Assembly (NCBI RefSeq): GCF_006345805.1
Contig: NC_043020.1
Location: 7,192,001 to 7,256,000 of the forward strand
From: Octopus sinensis
Lineage: Eukaryota
Direction of reading: 5' to 3'
DNA length: 64,000 bases
Shown piece by piece: positions 1-12,805 of the stretch (its first letter is position 1; each line of letters begins with the position of its first letter). The position numbers and the translations under genes are program-made. Under the pieces are notes generated by a model that saw only the letters and a program-made list of their open reading frames with translations, did no database searches and was not told where the DNA came from.

Positions 1-1304
1 TACCAAATGGTAATCTGTATATCCAACTTAACATGGATGCCTTGATAGAATGCCAAATGCTGCATTATTAGCCTTGAGAGATCCTATCATTTAGGCACTT
101 GTTGCATAAATGCACAGACATAGATCGTAGTAGACAAAGTTCATGTGTCACGGGTGCCAGGATCCCCATATCATGTGACTTCGGTTTGTTGGATCTCCTC
201 AGCGGGAAGCATAAATCACCTCATACCTATTTCTTTACAAGGGGCTACACGCAGAAAGCTATGATATAACAGACAAATATCATCATCATCTTCAACTATT
301 TTATATGAATATAGAAAAAAAAAATAGGGGCGTTTTCCTACTTAAGAATGCCAATGATATATGAATACTTAAAATAGCCATGAAGCTTCAAGGGACTGGT
401 TTTTTTAAGGGTCGTTTACGATAGGGACCAATTTAACAGCAATTAAGTGAGTGGAAGAATCTCTTTTCTGCCAAGCAGTGAAGTTAAGCAAAGATGCAAA
501 CAAACCAATGTTGGATGCAAAGTTTCTGCAGAAAACCTACCTCAACAAATTCCATCCAAGTTATGAAAGAATGGAAAAGTGGACTTTAAAAGAGGAGAAA
601 GAAGAGGAAGAGGAGCAGGAGCAGGAGGAGCAGGAGGAAAAGGAGGAGGAAAAGGAGGAAGAGAAGGAGGAAAAGGAGGAAGGGCAGGAAGAGGAAGAGC
701 AGGAGGAGGAAGAGCAGGAGGGAGAGCAAGAGGAGGAAGAGCAGGGGGAGGAAGAGCAGGGGGAGGAAGAGCAGGAGGAGGAGGATGAAGAGGACAAAGC
801 ATATGGAGAGAAACAAATGAAGATGGAAAGGGACACACAGACAGACCCTAAATCTAAGATAGTAAATTATATAACAAAATTAACCCATAAAAATATCCAA
901 AGAAAAAAAATAAAACAAAGTAAAAATTGAAACAAAAAAAAACAAAAAAAGAAAACAGCAACAAACAAAAAAAAAATTCAGAAAAAAACGACAAAAAAAA
1001 AAAGAAATAGAAAATGAGCAAATTCTTGAAAATGGAAGACAAGCATGTAAATTGTGAACCAATGGAAGACTCACAGAGAATATCAGCTCCATATCAGGTG
1101 AAGTCTTTGAGAAAGAAGCAAAACCAAAATGCCAGATTTGGAGAATACCTTTTACCATTTTGTTGCAACCAAGAACAACCAAGATCTTAAGATAGGACAG
1201 CATTTTGAGTTTAGTGAGGAATTAAATAGAAGAAGAAGGAGAGAGAGAGGGGGGAGAGATGGGGGAGGGGGGTTGCTATGGCATTTAATTTTGGGGATGT
1301 TATT

Positions 1305-1324
1305 TTATATTTATATATATAAAT

Positions 1325-1377
<53 letters not shown>

Positions 1378-1789
1378 TATATAAACATATTGTGCGTGTA
1401 CAAACAGTATATAAATTCTATACATATAAATACATACGAATACAGATATAAATTGTGTATTTATTTATATACATTACATACATACACATATATATGTATG
1501 TATATATATATATAATACACACGAATATATACATACATACACATATATATGTATGTATATATATATATATATATATATGTACATATAAAACATATTGTGC
1601 GTGTACAAACAGTATATAAATTCTATACATATAAATACATACGAATACAGATATAAATTGTGTATTTATTTATATACATTACATACATACACATATATAT
1701 GTATGTATATATATATATATACATATATAAATACACACACACATATATATATATACATATATAAATACACATATATATAATACACACGA

Positions 1790-1821
<32 letters not shown>

Positions 1822-1838
1822 TATATAAATAATACACA

Positions 1839-1876
<38 letters not shown>

Positions 1877-1968
1877 TAAATACACACGAATATATATATA
1901 TATATATATAAATAAATACACACGAATATATATATTTTATGTGCATATACATACATATATATGTGCGC

Positions 1969-2007
<39 letters not shown>

Positions 2008-2300
2008 CATGTTCTGTGTGTGTGTATATATATATATATCTATAAATATATATATACATATGCGCACGTATATATGTATGTATATGCACATAGAACTGCA
2101 TGTGCACATATACACATGCACAAACAGAGACACATCTATATATATATATATATAGATATATATATATATATATATTTATTATGTAACACACACATGTATC
2201 CACACACAGATACAAATATATAGGTACATATAACACACACACACATTAAGTATATGAGTGTATATATATATATATATATTATATATATATACATACACAC
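1305..2300. repeat. (TA)n/(CA)n compound microsatellite with an internal ~140-bp duplication
   Basis: The block at ~1372-1510 is repeated at ~1578-1715. Confidence 0.9.
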
Positions 2301-3022
2301 ACATAGATTTCTAGTGTTCCTCATTTATTACATTTCCCCAGTTGGTGGTAGAGGTTGGCGTAGTTTCAGATGGGAGCAGAGGGGTGGGAAGGAGGGAGGG
2401 AACAGGGCCCTCCAGTAATCTACAACATATGCAGATGACACACAAGGTAAAGCAAAAACAAACAAAAAAAAACAAAAAAAAATTGAAAACAAAACAAAAC
2501 ATAAAAAAAACATTAAAAAAAAATATATCACAGGTAAAATAGAATCGGTAGTGAAAGGCATGGGGGGAGGGGAGAGAGAACGGTTGATTTATAGTCTTCG
2601 TTTTTGTTCGTTATTGACAATTTCTGTTCTTTTCTTTTCTTTATTTTTTTTTATTGTTTTTTTTATTTTTATTTTATTATTATTTTTTTTTTTTTAAGTA
2701 TCACTGTTGCAAATTGTTTGCTTTTGGGAATTTAATTAGTCTGAAAAATAACAGAATGGATGTGTGCATGTATGTATATATATATATATATATATATATT
2801 TGCGTGTGTATGTGTGTCTGTATACATGTATGAATGTATGTTTGCATTTGAGTATGTGTGTTCGCATACATGTGTGTGTGTGTGTGTGTGTGTAAATACA
2901 GAGCTGTCGAGTTGAAAAAGTATGTATTCTCTCCTAAGTATTCGGTATTTTTTATGGTCTTTGTAAATTTATTAGTCCACACACACACACACACACACGT
3001 GTGTGTATTTATACATATATTT

Positions 3023-3054
<32 letters not shown>

Positions 3055-3288
3055 CAAGCTTAATCATGTTTATCTGCGTCACTATCTCTCCCTCTCTCTC
3101 TCTGTTACATATTTATATATATATATAGATATATGTGTGTGTATATATGTGTGTGTGTGTGCCTATATATATACACCTATTTCACCTGGCATTTATATTT
3201 TCCTTGTTTCCTATATTTAGGTGATCTCATTCAACACACATATCTGTGTGCATGTGTGTATATATACATACATGCATACACAGACATG

Positions 3289-4565
3289 TATCATCATCAT
3301 CACTTAAAGTCTGTTGTCCATGCTGGCATGGGTCGGACAGTTTGACCGGAGCTGGCAAACTGTGGAGCTGCACCAGACTCCAGTCTGACTTGGCATGGCA
3401 TCTACAGCTGGATGCCCTTCCTAACATGCCAACCTCTTTATAGAGTGTGCTGAGTGCTTTTACTTGGTGCCACACAGGCGCTTTTACATGGTGCTGTATG
3501 GGCCCTTTTAATGTGACGCTACATGGGCACTTTTACATGGTGCTGTATGGGCCCTTTTATGTGACGCTACATGGGCACTTTTACATGGTGCTGTATGGGC
3601 CCTTCTATGTGACGCTACATGGTGCTGTATGGGCCCTTTTATGTGACGCTACATGGGCACTTTTACATGGTGCTGTATGGGCCCTTTTATGTGACGCTAC
3701 ATGGGCACTTTTACATGGTGCTGTATGGGCCCTTCTATGTGACGCTACATGGGCACTTTTACATGGTGCTGTATGGGCCCTTTTATGTGACACTACATGG
3801 GCACTTTTACATGGTGCTGTATGGGCCCTTTTATGTGACGCTACATGGGCACTTTTACATGGTGCTGTATGGGCCCTTCTATGTGACGCTACATGGGCAC
3901 TTTTACATGGTGCTGTATGGGCCCTTTTATGTGACGCTACATGGGCACTTTTACATGGTGCTGTATGGGCCCTTCTATATGACGCTACATGGGCACTTTT
4001 ACATGGTGCTGTATGGGCCCTTTTCTGTGACGCTGCATGGGCACTTTTACATGGTGCTGTATGGGCCCTTCTATGTGACGCTACATGGGCACTTTTACAT
4101 GGTGCTGTATGGGCCCTTTTATGTGACGCTGCACGGGCACTTTTACATGACGCCACCACAAGTGCTTTACTCCACCTGAAGGATCAGTCTTAGCACTTCT
4201 GCTGCAGGGCATGGGTTTCTTGAGTAAGGCCAGGCACCAGGTGTCTCAGTCCCTTCTCATCTTACCTGAAAGCTTCAGCTTCCTGGGGCCTTTCTTCAGT
4301 ACCTCATCCCATGTCTTCTAGGGTTTCCCCACTTCCACATATTCCATCCGCTTTCAGAGATCAGTACATCACATGACCAAACCAGTGCAGTCTTCTCTTC
4401 TTGCGCACAGCAACCAATTCCTTCCATGCCGAATTTCTCTCTCAAAACACTTGCACCCTGTCAAACATGTACACTTACATTACACACCCAGCAGAGCATA
4501 CTGTCCTCATTCCTTTCAAACCTTCGCTTGCCCTCTGCATTCAGGGCCCATGTCCCACTATCATG
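3289..4565 (-). mobile_element. 5'-truncated RTE-clade LINE: decayed ORF C-terminus, 3' UTR with minisatellite, (GAT)n tail
   Basis: Minus frames of 4200-4565 give RTE-like C-terminal motifs (..TWALNAEGKRRFERNE.., RLHWFGHVM) with stops. They continue through the 48-bp array into the common 'family C' repeat ending in the GAT tail at 3289-3301. Confidence 0.65.
3480..4150. repeat. 48-bp minisatellite, ~14 copies
   Basis: Unit GTGACGCTACATGGGCACTTTTACATGGTGCTGTATGGGCCCTTTTAT. Explains the 16-aa periodic ORFs at 3447-4193. Confidence 0.95.
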
Positions 4566-4580
4566 TAGAATTGCTGTCTA

Positions 4581-4962
4581 CTCTTTTACTTGTTTCAGTC
4601 ATTTGACTGTGGCCATGCTGGAGCACCGCCTTTAGTCAAGCAAATCGACCCCAGGAATTATTCTTTGTAAGCCTAGTATTTATTCGATCGGTCTCTTTTG
4701 CCGAACCGCTAAGTTACGGGGATGTAAACACACCAGCATCGGTTGTCATGCAATGTTGGGGGGACAAATACAGACACACAAACATATACACACACATACA
4801 TATATATATATATACATATATATATACATATATACAATGGGCTTCTTTCAGTTTCCGTCTACCAAATCCACTCACAAGGCTTCGGTCGGTCCGAGGCTAT
4901 AGTAGAAGACACTTGCCCAAGGTGCCACGCAATAGGACTGAACCCAGAGCCATGTGGTTGAT
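4581..4962 (-). mobile_element. SINE family A (tRNA-like head, CORE-like domain, internal microsatellite)
   Basis: Matches the ~385-bp family seen >20 times in the window. Confidence 0.85.
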
Positions 4963-6258
4963 AGTATCTTTTACTTGTTTCAGTCATTAGACTGCAGCCA
5001 TGCTGGGGCACTACTCTGAAGAATTTTCAGTCAAATGTAACAACCCCAGTATTTACTTTTTATTATATCAGTCTCCTTTGATGAACCGCTAAGTTACAGG
5101 GACATAAACATACCAGTCCCAGTTGTCAGGTGGGAGAGGGGGACAAGCACAGACACAAAGACACATACACATAGATAAATATATGCATCTATACGGCAGG
5201 CTTCATTCAGTTTCTGTCTACCAAATCTACTCACAAGGCTTTGGTCGGCCCGAGGCTATAGCAGAAGACACTTGCCCAAGGTGCCACGCAGTGGGACTGA
5301 ACCTGGAACCATGTAGTTGGGAAGCAAGACACACACACACACAAACACTCACATACAGAGACAGACTGTGAGTGCTGTAAGATTTAAGATTTTCTATTAT
5401 TAAACATTACTCTACATTACTCATGCAAGAAGTGTGTGTGTATGTATATATATACACGTGTATACATACACATACACGTATGTATGTTTGGATGCACGTA
5501 GACAGGGTTAGGCACAAAAACTGAGACCATTTTTGTAACATTATATCTTAATAAGTATCACAAATTAAGAGCTAATTACTTTGTATATTAGATGCTTAAG
5601 AAATTAAATTTTAAATGTTTCATTCCAGATTGCAATAGATTGTAGAAGAATTACGAAATGATTGCAAAAAAATATAGTAGTTGAAATAAACCATGTCAGG
5701 TGTTAGTTCTTGTGACACCGTTGCCCATACAGGGTATCCAATGGCAGCAATTTACCAAATTCTAATCAGGCTTAATCCTCCTCTTGCCGTATTTCTATTG
5801 GAATATATTTCAATTAATTTTGAAAATAATGAAGAATTCACTAAAATAAATTTGTCATTATTGAGCCAGGGTGTGGAACATAAATTAACAAAATTTTGAT
5901 AGATTTTGATTTAGTTCACTTTAGCCCTTTTCTTACCATATTTGTGACAAAACACTCTGCTTTTGTTTCGATTTTGAAAGAAATAAAGAATTTACTATAA
6001 TAACTTTGTCTTTGAATTGGTGTTTGAAACATAAATTTTGATGAAAGGTTTTATTTTAGATCACTTTAACCCTTCTGTTACCATATTTCTGTTGAAATAC
6101 ACAGAGTTTGTTTCGCTTAATTTTGAAAATAATGAAAAATTTATTGCTGTATTTAGGAATGGTCATTTTGCCAGTTTAGCCAATAAAAACACACGCACTA
6201 TATATTTGGTGTTACTTTGCTTCAGCGTTATTCATTTTTTACATTAATCTAAATCTTA

Positions 6259-6301
6259 TTTCGGCCAGAGTTCTTTCATCACACTCCTGTGACCTCATCA
6301 G
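6259..6301 (-). ncRNA. Partial hammerhead-like core with extended stem II
   Basis: Minus strand reads CTGATGA-GGTCA-cag-GAGT..ACTC-TGGCC-GAAA. Stem III and stem I partner not found. Confidence 0.3.
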
Positions 6302-6499
6302 TGGTCCTTTGCTTTCTTCTTTCTTATTTGTGTCTCTCTCCTTACTAATGGTCAGCCATTTTGTATTTTGTATTCCTATTGTATGTGTCTTCATTTATTT
6401 ATTTAATTTATTATTTAATTTATTTAATTTTATGAAAAATCTATTATTATTAATCTGGTATTTATTTGGAACATAAATTTGCATGGCATACTTGTACTT

Positions 6500-7085
6500 G
6501 TGACGGCGTTCACCCAGGGCGGGTTGAGCCGGCTTCTTCTCTGATCCTAATGGCATCACGAACCATAGCAGCCCATGCTCGACGGTCCTGTGCGAGGTCA
6601 CTGGAGATAGCGAGTCATTCGCGGTTTCATCTGCGCAGACCGACCACCTGAGAATGCAGTGGAGACAGTCATTGTCAAACACCTCCAGCCTTCGCTGATC
6701 GACTACCCTCATAGGCCATGTTTCACAACCATAGAGGAGGATAGTACGAACGATGGCCTGGTAGATTCGCCCTTTGGTCACCGAGGAGATCTCTCTTCTG
6801 TCTCACAGGCACCGCCAGAGGCGCACGAATGCAGATCCAGCAGCAGCTATGTGACACTCGACCTCAGCTGCGCTCTGGCCCGTTGGAACCACTGTCGAAC
6901 CCAGGTAGATGAAGGACTCCACATCCTCCAGCTCCACGCCCTCAAGAACAATTGGCTGCCAGTCATATGCTGTGACTAGAGACGTCATCACTTTGGTTTT
7001 GCCAGTATTGATCCGAAGACCACCAGCTGCCACTGCCACATGCACCCTTACGAGAGCATCTTGGACATCTTCTATGAATCCTACT
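6500..7085 (-). mobile_element. RTE-clade LINE reverse transcriptase C-terminal fragment
   Basis: GLRINTGKTKVM..LEDVESFIYLGS..HIAAAGSAFVRL and YQAIVRTILLYGCETW..RRLEVFDNDCL motifs, split by stop/frameshift. Confidence 0.9.
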
Positions 7086-7150
7086 ACTACCATGGCAATG
7101 AATATGATGCATAGCATCTTAATGGAAGATTTTAATTTAGATCACTTTAA

Positions 7151-7372
7151 CCCTTTTGTTACCATATTTATTTTGAGATGCTCTATGTTTCTTTCAATTA
7201 ATTTTAAATATAACAAATAATTTGATAAAATAACTTAGTTACCATTAAGCTGGTGTTAGGAACATAAATTGTGACTAAGGTTTGGTGGAAGATTTTAATT
7301 TGAAACTTATGAAAACAAGACATTTTTACTACAGAGCCAGAGGCAGGTTCAGCTGGGTTGGTAATGAAAGGG
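7151..7372. mobile_element. piggyBac-like MITE
   Basis: TTAA|CCCTTTTGTTACCA ... TGGTAATGAAAGGG|TTAA. Related decayed fragments at 5770-6140 and 7380-7450. Confidence 0.75.
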
Positions 7373-8029
7373 TTAAAAGTAATGAAGAATTCTTAAAAAT
7401 AACTTTGGCATTATTAAGCTGGTGTTTGGAATATAAATTAACATGAAATTTTGATAGGCGTAGGAGTGGCTGTGTGGTAAGGAGCTTACTTACCAACCAC
7501 ATGGTTCTGGGTTCCCAATGACGAAAAACTGAGACCTCTGGAGATATGCTGTAACTGTGAAGACCCAACAAATAATGTGAGTTCATGGCTGTTTCTTGCA
7601 CCAGCTTCACATAGAAGCCCCAGCCCTTCCAAAGTGCCCTGGATCGCAGGACAGCCTGCTGTGCTTGAGGAGACCTATTGAGTCAAGTACACCACCATCA
7701 ACATCAAAAAATCAAATGGAAATTGTAGTTGTGATACCTGTGCCGGTGGCACGTAAAAAGCACCATCTGAACATGGCCGATGCACCAGCACACACAGATT
7801 TGAAGATAATCACAAGATCACTGTCACTGGCTTCCATGCTGGTGGCACATAAAAAGCACCCACTACACTCACAGAGTGGTTGGCATTAGGAAGGGCATCC
7901 AGATGTAGAAACACTGCCAGATCAGACTGGGCCTGGTGCAGCCTCCATGGCTTCCCAGACCCCAGTCAAACCGTCCAACCCATGCTAACATGGAAAACGG
8001 ACGTTAAACGATGATGATGATGATATATA

Positions 8030-8160
8030 CAGGGTGTCCCAAAAAAATGTATACACACCTTAAATAATTGTAAATTTGTTATTTTTTGTAAGCCTAGTAC
8101 TTATTCTATCGTTCTCTTTTGCCGAACCACTATGTGTATACATTTTTTTGGGACACCCTG
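8030..8160. mobile_element. Tc1/mariner-type MITE with SINE-derived filler
   Basis: 27-bp TIRs CAGGGTGTCCCAAAAAAATGTATACAC, flanked by TA. The interior contains ~45 bp of the family A SINE tail. Confidence 0.85.
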
Positions 8161-8448
8161 TATATATATATATATATATACACACACATACACACACACA
8201 CATATATTATATATATATATATAATCTATATACCTATATATATGTATGTATATATACACACACACATATATATAAGTACACATACATACATCTGCACATA
8301 CACACATATAGAATTCATTAGCAAGCAAAGATTATGTTAAGCACCCCTACCATCATCATCTGCCCCCCCCCCCACACACACACATGGAGCGTCTGGTCAC
8401 GGAAATGCTTCTGTTCTGTTCTGAACAATTAACATACCCTAATCCACC

Positions 8449-8490
<42 letters not shown>

Positions 8491-8578
8491 GACACACACA
8501 CACACACACAAGACCTATTTGGCAATCCCTCTCTTCAGTTCTGTTCAAACATCTTAGAAATTTGGGTGGGGGGTGTTG

Positions 8579-8894
8579 CTAGTGGTGGTGGTGGTAGTAG
8601 TGGTGGTAGTAGTAGTGGTGGTTGTGTGGTGTGGTAGTAGTGTGGTGGTGGTGGTGTGGTAGGTAGTTAGCAGTAGTGGTGGTGGTGGTGGTAATAGTTA
8701 CTGGTGGTGTGGTGTCGTGGTGGTATGGTGGTGTGGGGTGTAGTAGTAGTAGTAGTAGTAGTGGTGGTGTGGTGGTGGTTATAGTGGTGGTGGTGTGGTG
8801 GTGGTGGTAGTAGTGGTGGTGGTGGTGGTGGTAGTAGTAGTAGTAGTGGTGGTGTTGGTGGGTGGTAGTAGTAGTAGTGGTGGTGGTGGTGGTG

Positions 8895-8926
<32 letters not shown>

Positions 8927-9362
8927 GGTGGTGGTGGTAGTAGTGGTGGTGTAGTGGTAGTATAGTAGTAGTGGTGGTGGTGGTGGTGGTGTAGTAGTAG
9001 TGGTGGTGGTGGTAGTAGTGGTGGTGGTAGTAGTAGTAGTATGGTGGTGGTGGTGGTGGTTTAGTAGTGGTGGTTGTAGTGGTAGTAGTAGTGTGGTGGT
9101 GGTGTAGTGGTAGTAGTTGGTGGTGGTGGTGGTGGTGGTGGTAGTAGTAGTAGTGGTGGTGGTGGTGGTGGTAGTGGTGGGGGTGGTGGTGGTGTGGTTT
9201 ACTGGTGGTGATAGTAGTAGTAGTAGTGGTGGTGGTGGTGGTGGTAGTAGTAGTAGTAGTAGTGGTGGTGGTGGTGGTGGGTGTGTGGTGGTGGTGGTGG
9301 TAGTAGTAGTAGTAGTAGTGGTGGTGGTGGATGGTAGTAGTGGTGGTGGTGGTGGTGGTGGT
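8579..9362. repeat. Compound (GGT)n/(AGT)n microsatellite
   Basis: Direct reading; source of the poly-T/H/V ORFs. Confidence 0.97.
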
Positions 9363-9602
9363 AACAAAAATCACCCCCCTCACCAAACACACACACACCA
9401 TCCTTAGACTCCCCACACCTCGTTTTTACTGAACTTTAAAGAATCTGCTCCATTGAGTGAAAGGGAGGGAGAGGCGAGGGAGGTGGGAGGGGGGAGGGAG
9501 GGGGGAGGGGGAGGGAGGGGGATCGGAGTAAATGAATTTCACAGGGGGTGGTGCGGGTAGTGGCGGGAGGGGGGGGGCGCAGGTGAACTGGCTTAAAGAG
9601 AA

Positions 9603-9643
<41 letters not shown>

Positions 9644-9975
9644 AGGGGCTGTGGGGACAGGGGAAGGCAGCAGAGGTAAGACTTGGTTAATATATTTCTA
9701 AAGACCTCCTCACACACACACACACCACACACACACACACCTACACCTGACATAATCTACCCCCCCCCCCACACACACACACGTTTCACATAATATTCCC
9801 TTTGCTCAATGGTGATTAGAATTGTGGTGGTGGTGGTGGTGGTGGTGGTACCGGTGGAGTTAATTGGTGTGTGTGGGTGATGCTAAGGTTTATGTTTTTA
9901 ACTTAGAATCCATACATTAAGAGAAAAAAAAACAAAGAACTTAAATGCACTAACGTGAATGAGGGTAGATATATA

Positions 9976-10452
9976 TCATCATCATCATCATCATCATTTA
10001 GCGTCCACTTTCCATGCTAGCATGGGTTGGACGGTTCAACTGGGGTTTGTGAAGCCAGAAGGCTGCATCAGGCCCAGTCTGATCTGGCAGTGTTTCTACG
10101 GCTGGATGCCCTTCCTAACGCCAACCACCTCCATGAGTGTAGTGGGTGCTTTTTACATGCCACCCGCACAGGTGCCAGACGGAGCTGGCAAACGGCCACG
10201 AACGGATGGTGCTTTTACGTGCCACCGGCACGGGGGCCAGGTGAGGCTGGCAATGGACACGAGCGGATGGTGCTTTTACGTGCCACTGGCACGGGGGCCA
10301 GGCGAGGCTGGCAACGGACATGAGCGGATGGTGCTTTTACGTGCCACCAGCACGGGGGCCAGGCGACGCTGGCAACGGACACGAACGGATGGTGCTACGG
10401 GGGCCAGGCAAGGCTGGCAACGGACACAAACGGATGGTGCTTTTTACGTGCC
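9976..10452 (-). mobile_element. 'Family C' repeat (probable RTE 3' UTR) with internal ~59-bp tandem units
   Basis: (CAT)n tail at the left end. The GGTGCTTTTACGTGCC..GGCAACGGAC unit is repeated ~5 times at 10140-10450. Confidence 0.75.
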
Positions 10453-10918
10453 ATAAATTAATAAATAAATAATATGCATATATACATACATATATGTACG
10501 TACCTACCTCTACATGTATATATACATGCATATATGGGTACAGGACACCAAAAAACGTCGAACACAGTGAGAAACGAAAACAAACACAAAACCAAGGAAA
10601 TGGACATTTTTTTTTAAATAATGAAAACATAGAGTACAGGACATACAAAACAAGGAAAAATCCCCTTCTTCAGTCGCCTTAATTTCATCTACTCCATGTT
10701 TCGAAGGTCAAGGCGATACATGACTTCAATGAAATTTTCCTTCCCGCGAAAATCAAATTGAGATTTTTTTGCGGAGGGGTAAAAATGGTAACAAAAACAG
10801 GACAGTAACAACAGTACAAAATATAAACAGTAAAAGACAGGACAGAGAATAACAGTAACACACATATATATATATATATATATATAATAAGGGTAGGTGG
10901 TATATGGGTGGGTATATA

Positions 10919-11310
10919 TTTATAACAAAGAAGTTTGAAAACGCCACTATATGAGATAAATTTTAATTTTCTTAGAAATTTTACATGTTTCGGTTCTTCT
11001 TGAAAAAACGAGCCTTATCAAAAATATTTAAAAAAGTTAAGTGTAATAAAAAAGTTCATAATTGTTTCTTACTAGTCTCAACAGAATCCACGTGGTGGTT
11101 TGTTTTTTTTTGTGGGGAGGAAGTATAATAGCTGTCTTATGTGTTGACTAAAGTTGGGGCCTCAATTATGAACTTTTTTTATTACACTTAACTTTTTAAA
11201 ATATTTTTGATAAAGTTCGATTTTTCAAGAAGAACCGAAACATGTGAAATTTCTAAGAAAATTAAAATTTATCGTATATAGTGGCATTTTCAAACTTCTT
11301 TTTTTATAAA
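10919..11310. mobile_element. Foldback/MITE-like element with ~145-bp inverted arms
   Basis: 10919-11064 is the imperfect reverse complement of 11163-11310, with a ~100-bp spacer. Confidence 0.8.
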
Positions 11311-11770
11311 TAAATATATATATAGCGGTTGGCATTAGGAAGGGCATCCGACAGTAGAAACAATGCCACAACAAACATTTGGTTTCTGGATAGCTAGCTC
11401 CCTCTAACCAACTCCATGTCATACCATCCAACCCATGCCAGCATGGAAAGCATATTGCTCTACCTTCAGTAATTGAGTACTGTTTTCTTCCACCTTATTT
11501 TGCGTTTATGTGCTTACTCATGTATGTATATATTCTTTTATTCTTTTACTTGTTTCAGTCATTTGATTGCGGCCATGCTAGAGCACTGTCTTGAGTCGAA
11601 CAAATCGACCCCAGGACTTATTTTTTGTAAGCCTAGTACTTATTCTATGGGTCTCTTTTGCCAAACTGCTAAGTTACAAGGGATGTAAACACACCAACAT
11701 CAGTTGTCAAGTGATGGTGGTGGGTAAACAAACTCTGAAAAACACATACACACACACACACATGTGTTTG

Positions 11771-11824
<54 letters not shown>

Positions 11825-11825
11825 G

Positions 11826-11901
11826 GGTGAAATATAATTAATTTAATAAAATTAATAAATTTCACCTAGTAGTTTTTTCGGTCCTTACCGAATATGGTAT
11901 A
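11826..11901. mobile_element. Short Penelope-like insert in (TA)n with imperfect inverted head
   Basis: GGTGAAAT..ATTTCACC imperfect palindrome (11826-11866) plus a ~35-bp tail, flanked by TA runs. Confidence 0.35.
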
Positions 11902-11957
<56 letters not shown>

Positions 11958-12216
11958 AAGCTTCTTTCAGTTTCCCTCTACCAGATCCCTCACAAGGCTC
12001 AAGGCTATTGCAGAAGACACTTGACCAAGCTGCTATGCAGTGGGACTGAACCTGGAACCATGTGGTTGGGAAGCAAGCTACTTACCACATACATATATAT
12101 ATATATTTTTTTTTTTTTTCCTGAGCGCCTAATAATAATAATACTGTAATTGTTCCACGTGTTGTTGTTTTTTCTGTTTTCCCGTTTGGATTAACCTTAT
12201 ATATATATATATATAT

Positions 12217-12440
12217 ATTTCTTTATTGCCCACAAGGGGCTAAACACAGGGGACAAACAAGGACAGACACACAGATTAAGTCGATTACATTGACCCCAGT
12301 GCATAACTGGTGCTTAATTTATCAACCCCGAAAGGATGAAAGGCAAAGTCGACCTCGGCGGAATTTGAAACCAGAACGTAACGGCAGACAAAATACAGCT
12401 AAGCATTTCGCCCGGCGTGCTAACATTTCTGCCAGCTTGC
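12217..12440 (-). mobile_element. SINE family B monomer (tail type 1)
   Basis: A-box-like TGGCAGAAATGTTAG and B-box-like GGTTTCAAATTCC, the core GAGGTCGACTTTGCCTTTCATCCTTTCGGGG, and the tail AGCCCCTTGTGGGCAATAAAGAAAT. Confidence 0.85.
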
Positions 12441-12549
12441 TCACACACACATATATATATATAGGCACAGGTAAAGAACAGTCAGGCACCACTGAGTGGG
12501 AATATTGGATAGAATGCCTTGCAGTACATGTTATGGGCCTCTAGAGGAG

Positions 12550-12805
12550 GCACATGGCTTAGTGGTTAGGGTGTTGGACTCATGACTGTAAGGTTGTGGT
12601 TTCAATTCCTAGACCAGGCAATGTCTTGTGTTCTTGAGCAAAACACTTCATTTCACATTGTTCCAGTCCACCCAGGTGGCAAAACCGAGTAATCCTTCGA
12701 CGGACCAGCATCCCATCCAGGTGGGGAATATATTACCACAAAACCGGGAAACTGGCCCTTGTAAGTCAGTATGAATCAAGAAAGTAACTTTACCTCTATG
12801 CTCTG
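12550..12805 (+). mobile_element. tRNA-headed SINE (family E), left arm of an inverted pair
   Basis: Head TGGCTTAGTGGTTAGGG..GGTTTCAATTCC followed by TGTTCTTGAGCAAAACACTT. Confidence 0.75.

Noticed and set aside
451-930. 159-aa Glu-rich ORF
   Set aside because: The body is a GAG/GAA low-complexity tract and the flanks match nothing I recognise with confidence (at most a decayed retroelement). No splice support.
2342-2446. Possible 105-nt + strand exon (CCCCAG|..AAG|GTAAAG)
   Set aside because: The peptide is unrecognisable and G-rich, with no partner exons; chance splice-like motifs are frequent here.
3447-4193. Long periodic ORFs in three frames
   Set aside because: A by-product of a 48-bp (3n) stop-free minisatellite inside a LINE UTR.
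8579-9416. Mucin-like or poly-His ORFs, and similar ORFs at 25552-26366, 27432-28001, 29064-29516, 40697-41668, 41755-42312, 49733-50332
   Set aside because: Translations of microsatellites.
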